Source: Mobula birostris (taxonomy: Eukaryota). Taken from it: a stretch of 64,000 nt of DNA. Shown here one piece after another: positions 22,656 to 36,310 of the stretch. The notes under the pieces were generated by a model that was given only the letters and a program-made list of their open reading frames with translations, made no database searches and was not told where the DNA came from. The stretch lies in NCBI RefSeq assembly GCF_030028105.1, contig NC_092383.1, positions 86,323,921 to 86,387,920 of the forward strand. The letters are read 5' to 3'. A program made the translations under genes and the position numbers. The first letter of the stretch is position 1; each line of letters begins with the position of its first letter.

Positions 22656-22966
22656 GTTTTTCCATTATTCATTCCAATAATCTACTTACAAGGTAAAAAC
22701 ATATATCAACTTTCATGTCAAAAGTTATTGCAGAATATTTGGAGAGATTAGTTTATCTTGAACTCCTGGGATTAAAACATGTTGTCGAGCGTTGGTTGTA
22801 CTACTGGTTGTGAAAATGAAAACAATATTCTCACAGGCATTCAGTACAAGTAAATGAAATTATAAATTTCCCCTGAATTATCTCTCATATGGCGGGGGGG
22901 GAGGCAATCATAGCACCAGCAATGAGAACATTGTACATTTAAGCAGGACTGGATCAAGTGACTTAC

Positions 22967-23012
22967 CTTGCAGTTGATACTGTTGTAAATGTTTCACATG
23001 AATATTCACGTC
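22967..23012 (-). CDS. Stalk exon b (phase 1 to 2)
   Basis: ttttctttccttgcctcaacag| acceptor, AAG|gtaagt donor, 46 nt; (G)REYSCETFTTVSTA(S); joins C2c to the TM exon in frame. Confidence 0.75.
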
Positions 23013-23414
23013 CTGTTGAGGCAAGGAAAGAAAATTCAGTCTCGCATGTTTACCCAGTGCAGTCAAGCAAGAGTACATGATTGGCAGGTGGAAACTCATG
23101 GTTTGAGTAAAAGGCTGATTGGTTACAGGGAGGTGAGTAATTTCTGTTTCTTGTGCATATTTGAACACCTGTTGCTGGGGAAATTACGAGGCTTGAGTTG
23201 GAGGGTTTGCAAACCATAATCCTAAGCAGACAGAAGTGGAAGTTCCAGCCAGGCAATTGACATCTGCCAGCTCTGGGAGATCTGTTGTTGGGGCCACAAC
23301 ACCCACCGGAAAGACATACACATCTCTGCACTGAGTGTATGTGGAGATATTGGACCAAGTACAGTTGTTGATACAACAGGATAATGCTTCTGTTCTCAAT
23401 GAAAAAACAACTTG

Positions 23415-23630
23415 TATAATGCAAGATGCTGGAGGAACTCAGCAGTTCAGGCTGCATCTATGGAAAGAATAAACAGTCGACATTTCAGACCAAGACCTTT
23501 CTGATGAAGGATCTTTGCATGAAAAATTGACTGTATACTTCTTTGCATAGATGCTGCCTGGCCTGATGAGTTCTTCCAGCATTTTGTATATGTTGTTCTT
23601 GTTCTCCAGCATCTACAGAATCTCTTCTGT
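23415..23630. mobile_element. Penelope-like pseudo-LTR remnant with degenerate hammerhead core
   Basis: atgctggaggaactcagcag...ctgatgaaggatctttgcatgaaa...gagttcttccagcattttg; same motif at the end of the Penelope at 26.0 kb. Confidence 0.6.
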
Positions 23631-25350
23631 TCCTGTTTTAATAGTGGGATGACAAATGTCATTGAACATCATAGAGTTATACAGTATGGGAACTAGCCCT
23701 TCAGCTCAATTCATCCACACTAACCAGCATGAGCTAGTCCCATTGAGTCTACTCCACCATTTCAGCACAGCTGATCCATTTCCCTTTCAACCTCGTTTTC
23801 CTGCCTTCTCCCCATTACCTTTCATGTCCTGACTAATCAAGAACTTATCAACCACAGCCATAAAGGTATCTGGTGATCTGACCTTCACCACCACCTGTGG
23901 CAACAAATTCCTGTCTCACCTCCCTCTGGCTAAAGAATTTCCTCCTCATCTCTGTTCCAAGTGGACATCACTCTCTTTTGAGTCTGTGCCCTCTGGGTTT
24001 TGACTTTCCCACCAATGGAAACATCCTCTTCACATCCACTGTATAAAGGCCTTTCACCATTCGATCAGCTTCAATCAGACCTCCCCTCATTCTTCTAAAT
24101 TCCAGTGAGTACAGGTCCTGAGCCTTCAATTGCTATTCATATGATAATCTTTTCATTCCCGGAATCGTTCTTGTGAACCTCCTTTGAACTATCTCCAATG
24201 CCAACACATCTTATTTTAGATAAAAGGCCCAGAAATACTCACAATATGGACGTCCCTGAAAAGGACAGGCCTTCATTAATCAGAGGATTGAGATCAAGAG
24301 TTGTGAGGTAATTGTGTAATACCAGTGGTCACCATCTACTGGCAGAATATCTATTGCGACCCTCTGCCTTCTGTAGGAAAACCAATTTCTATTATTAGAA
24401 TATCTCAAATGAAGAGGCACTGTAACAAGATAAGGATCAGGTAATTTAAAATTGGATTTAAATTCACAATCCTTAGAATCCTACACCTGGATGGTGGTGG
24501 AGGCTGGATCAGTGGGGATCTTTAAACAGAAAGTACCGTAGATATTTTTTGATAAAGATCAGGAAATGGCGAACTGTAGGAAAATGATGCAGAAGAGCTA
24601 AGAAAGCCTAGTACAGATCAGCCAAGATGATATTGAATAGTGGAGTAGTCTTGAGACACCAAACAGCCTGCTTGGTTTCTTGAGTTCAGTCCTTACACCT
24701 ATTGCATGTGACTTCCATTGCTTCTTTAGCCTGTATAATTCTCTCTATTTTCCACGAAACAAACTACTGGAAACTGTTTATAAATCCAGAAGGTGTGAGT
24801 TTGGGTATTTGCTGGTTCTCAAAGATGAGAAAATCTCAGTCAGCAACTAGAAATGTCAGCAATTTAGACGCAAAGCCACCATGCACAGCAAGAGCAGGCT
24901 GCAGGCAGGAAACTCTCTGGTGAGGGACTCACTTCTCAGCTACCGAACAGGGCATGCCGTTCCCTGCAAGATTTGTCACAATGCAGCTTAAAGAACATAA
25001 CAGATGAACACTCCCACCCACTAACCCACCCCTCCACAACCCCCACCACCACTACTTTATCATTTCATGTCAGGCACCTCAGGTAGATACACTATTGTGC
25101 CTAGCAGCAATTTACTTACATACAACCAATGTATATAAACAATTTTATGTATTTATATGTATCATGTTTATTAACGATTGTGTTCTGTACCTTATTGTTA
25201 TTTTTTATGGGTGCATTAGATCTAGAGTAACAATTAGTTTGTTCTCCTTATATTTGCATATTGGAAATGATATTAAGCAATCTTGAATCTTGAAGACGGT
25301 ACATGATACTCAATCAATCTCCCTAATGATTCGCACCCTCCACCACTTAC

Positions 25351-25671
25351 CAGTGCCAGTGAACTGAATCACAAAGCTGCAGTTGTCTCCTCTGTTGTCG
25401 ATGGACACGTTCACTATTTCACTAGACTTTGCTCCATGAGTATTGGAGGCAGTGCAGTAATATTGATAGTGTTGGTGTTTGAAGGATTGACAACGTAGAT
25501 CCAGTTGACTGTTTTCAGAGACTTTTGAATCCACAGATGAGATATTTTCATGCCATGTGTACTGAATGGGAAGGGATCCCTGGACAGACTCACAGGACAC
25601 TGACACGGAGCCCCCAACACACACGATATTTGCAGAAGACAGATATCGAAGCACAGGAACAGACACTGGTT
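25351..25671 (-). CDS. Ig C2-type domain exon C2c
   Basis: 321 nt, phase 1-1, ttcccacag| and G|gtaagt; EPVSVPVL...VSVSC..YTW...YYC; open. Confidence 0.9.
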
Positions 25672-25984
25672 CTGTGGGAAAGAATCAGTCAACATATTGA
25701 AATCAATATGTGGGCATCTGAACTCCACATCAATCCCAGATGCCTGAACCCCGCGTCTGCCACTATTCCAAAACACAGCAGGAGTCCAGATCAGAACAGC
25801 AGCAATGACAGTGAGGATGTGATGTGTCAGTGTGAAAATCAGGGTACAATCTCTCACAGCTACAAGGAGACAGTCACCACTGGTGTTTGAAAAAAAATAA
25901 TGCAAGCGTTGTTTGAAGGTGATAGTTTAATGGAAACTTGTGAGACAAGCTCTTTAGCTACAATGATTGTGGCGACTCCCTGTA

Positions 25985-27700
25985 ACACATAGAAATTACT
26001 GGAGGAACTCAGCAGACCAGGGAGCACCTACAGAAAAGAGTACAGTCGACATTTTGGGCCAAGGCTTTTCAGCAGAACAGGAAGATGAGGACTCAGAGTC
26101 TGAGGGTGGGAGGAGGGGAGGGAGAAACGCAGGGTGATAGGTAAAACCAGTAGGGGGAAGCATAAAGTGACAGGGAGGGGAGAGGTAAAGGAAAGAGTTG
26201 GGAAGTTGATTGGTGAAAGAGATACAGGGCTGGAGAAAGCAGAATCGAATAGGGAAGGACAGAAGGCCATTGAGAAAGAAAAAGGGGGAGGAGCACCAGA
26301 GGGAAGTGATGGGCAGGCAAGAAGATAATGTGAGAGAGGGAAATGGGAATGGGCAATAGAGAAAGGGGGGGGGAGGAACATTACTGGAAATTCGAGAAAT
26401 CAATGTTCATGCCATCAGGCTGGAGGCTACACAAACGGAACAAAAAGTGTTGCTCCTACAACCTGAGTGTGGCCTCATCACAGCAATAGAAGAAGCCAGA
26501 GACTGACAGGTTGGGATGGGATTGGGAAGTGGAACTAAAATGGGTGGACACTGCAAGGTCCCACTTTTTCTGGTGGATGGAGTGTATATGCTCGGCAAAG
26601 TTGTCTTCCATTCTACTTTGGGTCTCACTGATATACAAGAGGCCACACCGGGAGTACCGGATACAATAGATGACCCCAACAGACTCACAGGTGAAGTGTC
26701 GCCTCGCCTGGAAGGACTGTTTTGGACCCTAAATGGTAGTGAGGGAGGAGATGTAGGGGCAGATGTAGCAGTTGTCCGCTTGCAAGGATAAATGTCAGGA
26801 GGGAGTCTGTGGGGAGGTGTGAATGGACATGGGTGTTGTGCAGGAAGTGATCCCTGTAGAAAGCAGAAAGTGAGGGGAAAGGAAAGATGTGCCTGGTGAC
26901 GGGATCCCATTGGAGATGGCAGAAGTTTCAGAGAAATATGTGATGGAGTTGCAGCTTAACGGGGTGGTAGGAGACAACAGGAGGAACCCTAACACTGATG
27001 GGGTGGTGGGAAGATAGGGTGAGGGCAGACGTGTGTGAAATTGAAGAGATGTAGTTGAGGGCAGTGTTGATAGTGGAGAAAGGGAAGCCCCTTTCTTTCA
27101 AGAAGGAGGACATCTCTATCCTCCTGGAGTGAAAAGCCTCATCGTGAGAGCAGATGCAGTACAGAAAGAGAAGTTGAGGGAAGGGGTTTGGTATTTTTAC
27201 AAGTAACAGGGTGGGAAGAGGTATAGTCCAAGTAGCTGCAAGAGTCATTGGGGTTTGTAGCAATCTTCAGAGATAAACTGTCTCCTGAGATAGAGACAGA
27301 CAATTTGAGGAAGGGAAGGGAGGTGCTGGAAAAGGACCTGGAAATTTGGAGTCAAAGTTGATGTAGTCAATTAGATCGGCATGGGTGCAGGAAGCAGCAC
27401 CAATGCAGTCATCAACGTAGCATTGGAAACGTGAGGGAGAGACACCAGTATAGACTTGGAACGTAGATTGATCCATGCAGCCAACAAAAAGGCAGGCATA
27501 GCTGCGACCCATGCAAGTACCCATAGCTATTGTTTGAAGGAAGTGGGAGGAGCCAAAGGAGAAATTATTGAGAGTGACGATAAGTTCCGCAAGATGGAGG
27601 AGAGTGGTGATGGAGGGGAACTGGTTGGCTCTGGTGTCCAGAAAGCAGCAGAGACCTTTGAAGCCTTTCTGGTGGAGGATAGAGGTATGTAGGGAATGTA
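25985..27700 (-). mobile_element. Penelope-like element (RT + GIY-YIG endonuclease), decayed
   Basis: ORF 27267..27878 TLNNFSFGSSHFLQTIAMGTCMG...YVDDCIG; ORF 26456..26638 YISETQSRMEDNFAEH (GIY-YIG C-terminal part). Confidence 0.85.
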
Positions 27701-27981
27701 CATGCATAGTGAAAATAAGATGCTCGGGGCCAGAGAACCGGAAATCAGGGTGGCATTTCATACAGTTCAGAGGCAGGAAAATGTACTGAGCCTTTCCACT
27801 GGAAATTGTTGGCCAGTCAGTGGGACGGACAACATGTGGGGTTCCCAAACCTTGCCCACTCCCCACAGGGCTCTGCACTGCTGAGGAGCCTCAGGATATC
27901 CATGCTTCTCTGACACTTCCTCGAGCAAATATGGATCAGACATTTCACTGGACACATAAAGGTAATCAAGGAGAAACCTAC

Positions 27982-28301
27982 CGTCAGATACTTGTAGATA
28001 CACGTCAAACACTGGATGATTGCCAGATGTTGCAATTCCACATCTGTAAACTCCTGTATCTTGAGAGACAAGATTCTCCATAGTAACAGTAAATATTCCC
28101 TGGGATGTGTTATCTCTGATTGTTATTCTTCCATACTGCTCATTTGTCCCATTTGTATTCACTAATGATGTGCATTGGCGACCCCACATGCGGCACAAAT
28201 ACTTTGTGTGTGAACGGTACTTTGGTCATTGTGACAATCGATTGTGATCGCTCTTCCCACAACTCCTCTTACTTTGTTTTCTGCCCATAAAGCACCCAAA
28301 A
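27982..28301 (-). pseudogene. Ig V domain exon V3, frameshifted
   Basis: Intact splice sites but 320 nt instead of 321; 1-nt loss near 28225; restored frame VLGALWAENKVRG...CH..KYRSHTKYLCRMWGRQC...DTGVYRC. Confidence 0.85.
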
Positions 28302-31300
28302 CTGAGGGAGAAATTCTTCTGAAAATGGACAGGTAAAATTCAAATTTACACAAGCAGATTCAAGATTGCTTCATGTCATTTCCTCTATACAAATATAAAG
28401 GAGAACAAAACCATTGTTCCTCCGGATCTGAAGCAGCACAGAAAAAGCAAATGATAAAGAAAGCAATAATAATAAAAAGAGATGTTTTATTTAAAGCTGT
28501 CAGTGTGTTCTAAGGAATCTACCACACCCTCAATTGGTGTAATTGAATTCCACATTGTCTGAAAAATGCTACAGCATCGTCCCTCATCACAAGATCACGG
28601 CTCTTCACAAGTAATGATTTTTATTTGATTGGAGTCATCATTATCACTGCCCAGTGATGTCTCAGTGTGTTTCAACAATTCTGAGTCAATAGATTACTGA
28701 TCCAGTCCTATTCCAGGCAGGTGAGCACAAGATCGGTAGTGGATAAATTACCAGAGGTAGTTCTCTGAGACAGGGTCTACCTGAATTTGCAAAGGCATGA
28801 TCTGGTTGTGGATAGTCAACGTGATTTTGTGCATGGGAAATCTACTCTCAAGAAATTGACAAGGTTTTTTTTTGAAGGGATGAAGAAACGGACTGATGAG
28901 GGCAGGAGCAGTAGCATGTAGCACATGGAGTTTAGCAAGGCCTTTGAAAACATCTCACATAGCAGACAGATTTGTATTGTGAGATCACATGGTAAGCTAG
29001 TTGGTTGGATACAGAATAGGCTGAAGGGATCTCGAAAGAGAACTGGTGTTCAGCCCCATTACTCTGTGCTAGCCAGATTCCCCCACATGAGCCCAACCCG
29101 TCTGCCTGCATTTGATCCATCTCCCTCTCTTCTCACCAGAGCCATCTATTCAAGTTGAATTTCAAGTTTAATTGTCATTCAACCATATATGGATACTGCC
29201 AAATGTAACAGCGATATTCCTGGACAAGGACGAAAACTACAGTAACAACGGTGAAACATAGCAGAAGGCTCATATAAAATAGCAGTCAAGAAAAAATTAT
29301 ATGTAGTTTGTTTATGGTACACATAATTTCATAATTAGTTTACTTTGAATATTGAACTTGGAAAGTGGCTAATGGAATGACTGATGTATGGAACTCAGGC
29401 AGTGTGAAGTAATGAATTTTGGGAAGTGGAACAAGGACAAAACGTACACAGCAGAGAACCAGGTTTGCAACTACACAGGTCCCTGAATGTGGCAACACAG
29501 GTGGACAAACTGCTGAACAAGGAATATGACCAGTTGCCTTCATTGGATGGGGCATTAAGTAGAGCTGGGATGGCATGTTACAACTATAAAGGACATTGAC
29601 AAGACCTCATCTCGACTAATCTGTGCAGTTCCAGAGGAAGAATGTGATTAATTAGAGAAGGTACAGAAAGCATTCACAAAGATGCTTCTGAAACTGGACG
29701 GTCTGGGTTTTGGATAGGCTGGGACAGTTTTCCCTGAAGTGAACACAGCTGAGGTTTAAAAATTAAGAGGGGCAAAGATATGCTGGATAATCACAGTCTT
29801 TATCCCAACTTTGGGGAGTCGAAAACTAGAGAGCCAAGACTGACGGTGAGGGTGGAAAGTCTTTGAGGGCCTGGAGGGGCAGTGTTTTCCACACAGAGCA
29901 GTGTGTACGTGAAAAGGCTGCCAGAAGAAGTACTAGGGGGTGGGAATAAATTCACCTTTAAAATACTTTTGGACAAGTTCATGAAATTTGCTGAAGTTAG
30001 TCCATAGCCACAAAGTGAGTCATCACTGCAGCACATTAATTGCAGGCCACAGACTGAGTTCAGCGCAGAAGTGAGTAAACCTTGTTGACAAACTAATTAA
30101 ACACCAGCCCATCCCCTTGCCTATGACATGCATTCCTTTAGTTTTTCGCACAGGTTTCGAAGGTATATTATCTTTGTCACAATCACGAAATACAGCAGCC
30201 TTGTTCATATCAGTATAGAAGGAATGGGTTCCCTTCTCATTTCTGAAGGTGAGGAAGGTACTTTAACCAGCAACCTGAAACTCAGTTTCAGTAGTCACAA
30301 TGTTAATTGGGCTGCTCAGGAAATCCTAAAGCTGGTGATGATCATAACACAATGAGATCATAAGACATAGGAGAATTAGGCCATTCGACCTATATCGACT
30401 GCTCTGCCATTCCATCTTGGCTGATTTATTATCCCTCTCAATCTTATTCTCTTGCCTTTTCCCTGTAACCTTTGATGCCCTCACTACTCAAAGACCGATC
30501 AAACTCAGCTTTAAATAAACCCGATGACTCGGCCTCAACAGCCATCTGTGGTAATAAATTCCACAGATTCACCACCATCTGGCTAAAGAAATTCCTCCTC
30601 ATCTCAGTTCTAATGCTGTCTGTTAGGGGTCTGTACTTCTTCCACGTAGAATGCATAGGCTTTCCCCAGGTGCTCCAGGTTCCTCCCACAGTCCAAAACC
30701 ATGTTAATTGGTCCCTGTTAATAGTCCTGTGATTATGTTAAAATTATCAGCTTTGTCAAGGGTTAATGGGGCAGCATGGCTTGAAGGGCCAGAATGGCCT
30801 ATTCAGGGCCAAATCTTTAAATAAATAAAAAGAAAGAATGTTCTTGTAAGGAGCAAGCCCAGGTACATTACAAGATCAAGAGCTCATTTTATGATACTAG
30901 GAGACCATCCAATAGTTTCACAACAGTGAGAAAGAAGCTGTCCTTGAAGTTTGTAGTACATGCTTTCAGACTTTTGTAATTTCTGCCCGATAGGAGGTGA
31001 GAGGAAGAGAATATGTCAGTGAAAGTTGGATCTTCAATTAGATTGGCTGCTTTACCAAGTCAGTGAAAAGTATTAAAAACAATAAAAAATATAAATTACT
31101 GCAAATATCCAAAAAGTATAATTTTGTATGTATGCACACTTGTGTGTAACAATCAGGATGTGGGGAGAAGCTGAGGTAGATATCTAGAGATTCCACTGCA
31201 CTCACAGTTGAAGGATCTAATAAAGGAAAGATTGCATTTGCTTAAAACCAGCTCCCCTATAAAAATCAATTCCCGCCAAATCCCACACTGGTTTGGACAT

Positions 31301-32942
31301 TGATTGCTGAGCTCTTACTAGTGTCATGTCAAAATTTTTTCTCATCTGAACTGTGGAATATCTTCAACAGACCCAGCAGAAGACCTACAGTGAATGTCTT
31401 AGGGCAAGCAGTTTGACAATCACATGAGCTCATTACAGACAGAGAGCGGATTAATGAGAGCAGGGCAGTGGATGTTGTCTATCTGAAACTCAATAAGGCC
31501 TTTGACAAGGACCCATTAGTTCAAGATGGTCTAGCAAATTGAATATAACATTGGCTTGATGGGATGAGTTAGTGGATTGTCATGGGGGGTTTTCAAATTG
31601 GAGGTTTTGCATTTTGGCAAGTTAAACCACTGCAAGACGTACAGTAAATGGTCGGAGGATGCTATGGAGAATGTTGCAAAAAAGTGATCTGCTCTTCCAG
31701 GTACATTGTTACCTGAATATGATGACACAGGTAGACAGGATGGTGAAGAAGGCATTTGGTACACTTACTTTGTTAGTCAGGGCACTGCGTACAAGATTAT
31801 TATATTATGTTATGGCTGTACAAGATGTTAGTGAGACTACTCTTCAAATACCATGTGCAGATGTTGTCTCCTGATAATAGGAAATATATCATTGGACTGG
31901 AAAGGGTGCAGCAGAAAAATCATGAGGACATTCCTGAGAATGAAGGGATAGAGTTATAATGGAGGGTTGGAAGGATGAGACTTTTGCCCTGGAGCTTAGA
32001 ATGCTGACGGGTCATTTAACAGAGGTATATAAAATCATGAGGGGCACCTATAAGGTGAATGGTCACTGTCTTTTTACAAGGGGAGGGGACAGTAAAGCCA
32101 GCAGGTGCAGGCTACAATTTAGCGGTGAAAGGTCCTAAAGAGCAATTTTATACACAGAGGGTCTTAGGTATATGGAACAACCTGCCATAGCAATCCATAG
32201 GAGTGGGAGCATTTACAACATTCAGAAGACATTTTGACAGATACATGAGTAGGAAAGGCTTAGAACAAGGGTTCACAAACTTTTTTGCCATGTCCCCCTA
32301 CCATTAACTAAGGGGTCCATAGAGTCAGTGTCACTGGTTAATTTGCTCTGTAGTTTACAGAACTGAATTTATGCACCTCAGTTTGTTTATTTATGTGTAA
32401 TCCATTTGCAGATCTCATCCCCACTTTCATAAGTTATTATGTGTTATGCGTGTTACACCCTGGTTTGGAGAAACATTGTCTCGTTTGATGGCATACATCT
32501 ATATAGTTATATGACAATAAAATTCACTTGACTTGACTTGACTGGTCTTGACCGCAGGTTGGGAATCTCTGGCAGAGAAGGATATGGGATAAATAAAATT
32601 ACAGGTGCTCTACCTAGATGAAAATCTCGGTTGACTTGGACGAGTCAGGCTGACGGGCCAGTTGTTCTAGTAAACAACAAGCACTTTATGACTCAGAACA
32701 TGAGTTTCAATTGCTATGCTCAAATTATTAAATATTTGGAAAAATAAATTTATCTTTGATCTCAGGCTTGACGCATGTACAAGAAAATCAGGAATATTCA
32801 GATTCCAACACATCATTTCATTGAAGTTAATCATGTCAGATAAGTTTAACACCAGTTAAAGAGAAACATAGTTCTCTCCCAGCTGGCTCTATTTGAAAGC
32901 AATTACAGTGAAATCCCCTGTAGAGAGAACCTAATACTTTAC

Positions 32943-33021
32943 ATTTGAGGTGATGTAGTTTTTTTCCTTTCTGCAGTTGTCATCGATTCTGTCACATTAT
33001 TTTTACAGAAATGATTTTGCC
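32943..33021 (-). CDS. Stalk exon a (phase 1 to 2)
   Basis: ttttcttttaacag| acceptor, AT|gtaaag donor, 79 nt; (G)QNHFCKNNVTESMTTAERKKTTSPQ; Cys plus Thr/Ser-rich like stalk b. Confidence 0.6.
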
Positions 33022-34822
33022 CTGTTAAAAGAAAATAAAATTCAATTTCATCTGCTTTGTATTTAAAAGAACAAAAGAGCACAATTGTTAGACCAACAGG
33101 TAGTTTAGTGTGGTGGACCAAAGGTGATCTATACTGAATGCACATTAAAAGTTGAAGATGACATTTTTTCCTCACATGTACATCAGATCATACAGTGAAA
33201 TGTGTTGTTTACAATGACCAACACAGAATATGTGCTGGGGGCAGCCTGCAAGTGTTCCATGTTTCCAGTGCCAAAATAGCTTCCCTTTGACATACCAATA
33301 CTAACCTGTGCGTCTCTGGAACGTGGGAGGAAAGCGCGACACCCGGAGGAAACTCATACAGCTACTAAGAGAACGTACAAACAACTTGCAATAGTGGTTG
33401 GAATTGGACCCGGATTGCTGATCGCTAATTGCTGTTCTACTGTGCACCCAATTACATTTACTGATGGCTTGGATTCTTTCCCATACTCAGTACCTGATGG
33501 TGTGGAGATGCAGCTGGGAAAGTTAAAGGACTTGGATTGAGGAAACTGTAATTCTATCTAATTAGGGAAAGGTCCATCTAGGGAGATGGCCTCAGCCGGC
33601 ATGGCGAGATCACTTTCCAGGGCCCCATCACCCTCTGCAGAGTTGGTGATAGCTGTACTTGAATATACAGGGAGATAGTGGTTCAAGTACACTTTTTGTC
33701 CAAAAGGATAATGTAGGAGATTTTTTCAATGAAAAGTCAAAGTCTTTTCCTTCCCATATCTCTTGATCTTTCTACCTCTGAGAAAAATAACTCAATCTTT
33801 CTTGCATATAGGTTCAGCACATTCTGGGCGAAGAAATCCTTCCTAATCCCAGTATTAAATGTCTCACCCTTTAGATTATTTCTAAGCCTCCATGCTTACT
33901 TACTTACTGCCCATTACAACATTGGCATTTAGGGCAGCAATGAAGGTTTTCTATCCCTAGCATTGTTCAGGGCTTCCTCCATCATGCCAGTAGATTCCTT
34001 TCGGTTTTCACTGCTGTCAGTCATGCAAGTCCCAGATGCAGACTGAGCAATACCATCAATCTCTGATGTAGAAGGATTCTTCATTCCTGTTTCCATAACA
34101 ATTTTGTTTTACCACTCAGCTTTGTTAGTCCTGAGCTGAACCCCCAAACCTGGAGGACTGGTGGATCACTCTAAGTCTGACCTCTACACTTTGACCTATA
34201 TAGGCATGGGTGAGCCTACAAAGAGCCAAAGTATAAAGACCTCACTCCAGCCAACAGAGATCTCCAGGTTATTGAGGCATGCAAGACTCCAAATCCAACA
34301 GCAAGGTTGTGATCCTCTTGGAGGTAAGATTCCATAGACTGTCCAGTATTCCCTGGTATTGGAAGCCTTCTAACTGCATCTGTTTCAGCCTGGTAAAATA
34401 TTGCAGCTTTCTATGAGATCACCTTTCAGTCTGGTGAACTCCAGGAAATAAAAACCTGATCAACCAATTCTCTGTTCTTGTGTCACTCATGGCATCCCAG
34501 AAATCAGTCTGCTGATCCTTTGCTAGCTTCCTTCCATAACAAGAACATCTTTCATCAGACCAAAACTGTTGGTGACATGAGAGTGAGGATGAAGAGATTG
34601 TCTGACTGATTTAAGCTTTAGGCCAGAATGGAAAAGTGGGGTATGTGCCAAATTGAGGCAGCGAGTCCCAGGCACAGGAGCGTATCGAAGCAGCACGAAC
34701 CCCCTACCATCTAAGCCATGTGTACTGGATATTGTGTTCCAACAATACAATATCCAGTACACATCAGTCACTCAGTTGTACTCCATTGACAATCATAAAA
34801 TATTAAACTCTGCACTACTTAC

Positions 34823-35143
34823 CCATTCTGTTGACATCAATCACATTTCTGCAGTTCCTGACATTGTTGGAGATGGACACGCTGATCATTTCACTAGTCT
34901 TTTCCCCATTATCATTTGAGACTTTGCAATAATACAGATATTTTTTGTATTTTAAGGATTGACAATGTAGATCCAGTTTATTGGTAACAGAGATCTTTGA
35001 ATCCACAGTTGGGGTCTTTTCGTACCATGAATACTGAATGGGAAGGGATCCATGGCCAGACTCACAGGACACTGACACATAGTCCCCACAACCTGAGCCA
35101 CTTGTTAGTGGTGAAAATCGAAGCAAAGGAACAGACACGGGTT
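34823..35143 (-). CDS. Ig C2-type domain exon C2b
   Basis: 321 nt, phase 1-1, ttttccacag| and G|gtaagt; VSVSC..YSW...YYC; open. Confidence 0.9.
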
Positions 35144-36009
35144 CTGTGGAAAACAACCAATAAACATCTGAAAATCAAACACAGTAAAGATTTCAGCAGT
35201 TCTGTATCTCAACCAGGACCCACACGTCTGGAATCTCAGCAGCTCCTCTACCTCTCTGTGTCTCTGCATCCTCTTATCTGCCTGAACTGCCATATCTGCC
35301 ATTATCCCTGAACACAGCAGGTCTCCAGATCAGGACAGCAGTGATGACACTGAGTATGTATCTGTGTGAAAATCAGAGTTACAAACTCTCTCAGCAGCAA
35401 GGAGACAGTCTAATGTTGCAACCAACAGCTTGACTCTGAAAAGGCAGCACTTGTGGGTGTCCTGGAAACCTATCAACTTCTGCTTTAAATATATCCAATA
35501 ATTTAGTCTCCACAGACTGTGGCAATGGATTCCACAGATTCACCAGCCGCTGGCTAAATAAATTCCTCCTCATCTCTCTTTTTTTCTGAGTCTGTGCCCT
35601 CTGGTCTTAGAGGTCCACACTACAGGAAGCATCCTCTCCACAACCATCAGCTTTTCTGTGCTCATTCTTCTAAGCTCCTGCAAGTGCACGCCCAGAGGTT
35701 TCAAACACTCCGCATACATCTGGGGAATTTAATATCTGGAGCCCTTTAGAGTTGATGTACAGAGAGTTCTTGGGGTTGAAGTCCATTGCTCCCTGAAAGC
35801 TGCAACACAAGTGGAAATAATGGTAATGAAAGCATTCAGCACATTTGCATTCTTCATTTTACATATTGGAAACTAAAGCTGACAAGGCATTTTGAAGCTT
35901 CATAAGACTTTGTTTAGGGCACATTTGCAACATACAATAATTTGTGATTCTGATAGCGACAGTATAGAAAAGATGTGGAGGTTTTAGAGAGGGTAATAAG
36001 GTCATCAGG

Positions 36010-36310
36010 GTGTCACCAGGGCAGCATTGTAGACTAATGGTTAGCACAAGGCTTTACCGTGGCAATTTCTGCTGCTCTGTGTAAGGAGTTTGTGTGTTCT
36101 CCCCATGTCCACGTGGGTTTCTTCCAGGTGCTCTGGTTTCCTCCCACAGTCCAAAGACCTAGAAGTTGGTAGGTCAATTGGTTGTTATAGATTGTCTGAG
36201 TTTGAGGCTGGGGTTAAGTCTGGGGGATTACTGGGTGGCACGTCTCAAAGGGCGTGAAAGGCCTCTCCACGCTATATCTCAATCAATGAATAAATCAAAT
36301 AAATGAATAA
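36010..36310 (+). mobile_element. tRNA-derived V-SINE (HE1-like); related copies at about 30625-30830 (+) and 33170-33430 (-)
   Basis: V-domain core gtgttctccccatgtccacgtgggtttcttccaggtgctctggtttcctcccacagtccaaagac; (aata)n tail. Confidence 0.7.

Noticed and set aside
22779-22872. Second stalk-like exon (GEIY...CENIVF...)
   Set aside because: Contains a stop in the entering frame and has a poor donor; possibly a decayed duplicate
23050-23457. Cys-rich ORF 23050..23457 and a plus-strand gtgagtaa donor at about 23133
   Set aside because: No recognisable domain or partner exons; starts in a Penelope remnant
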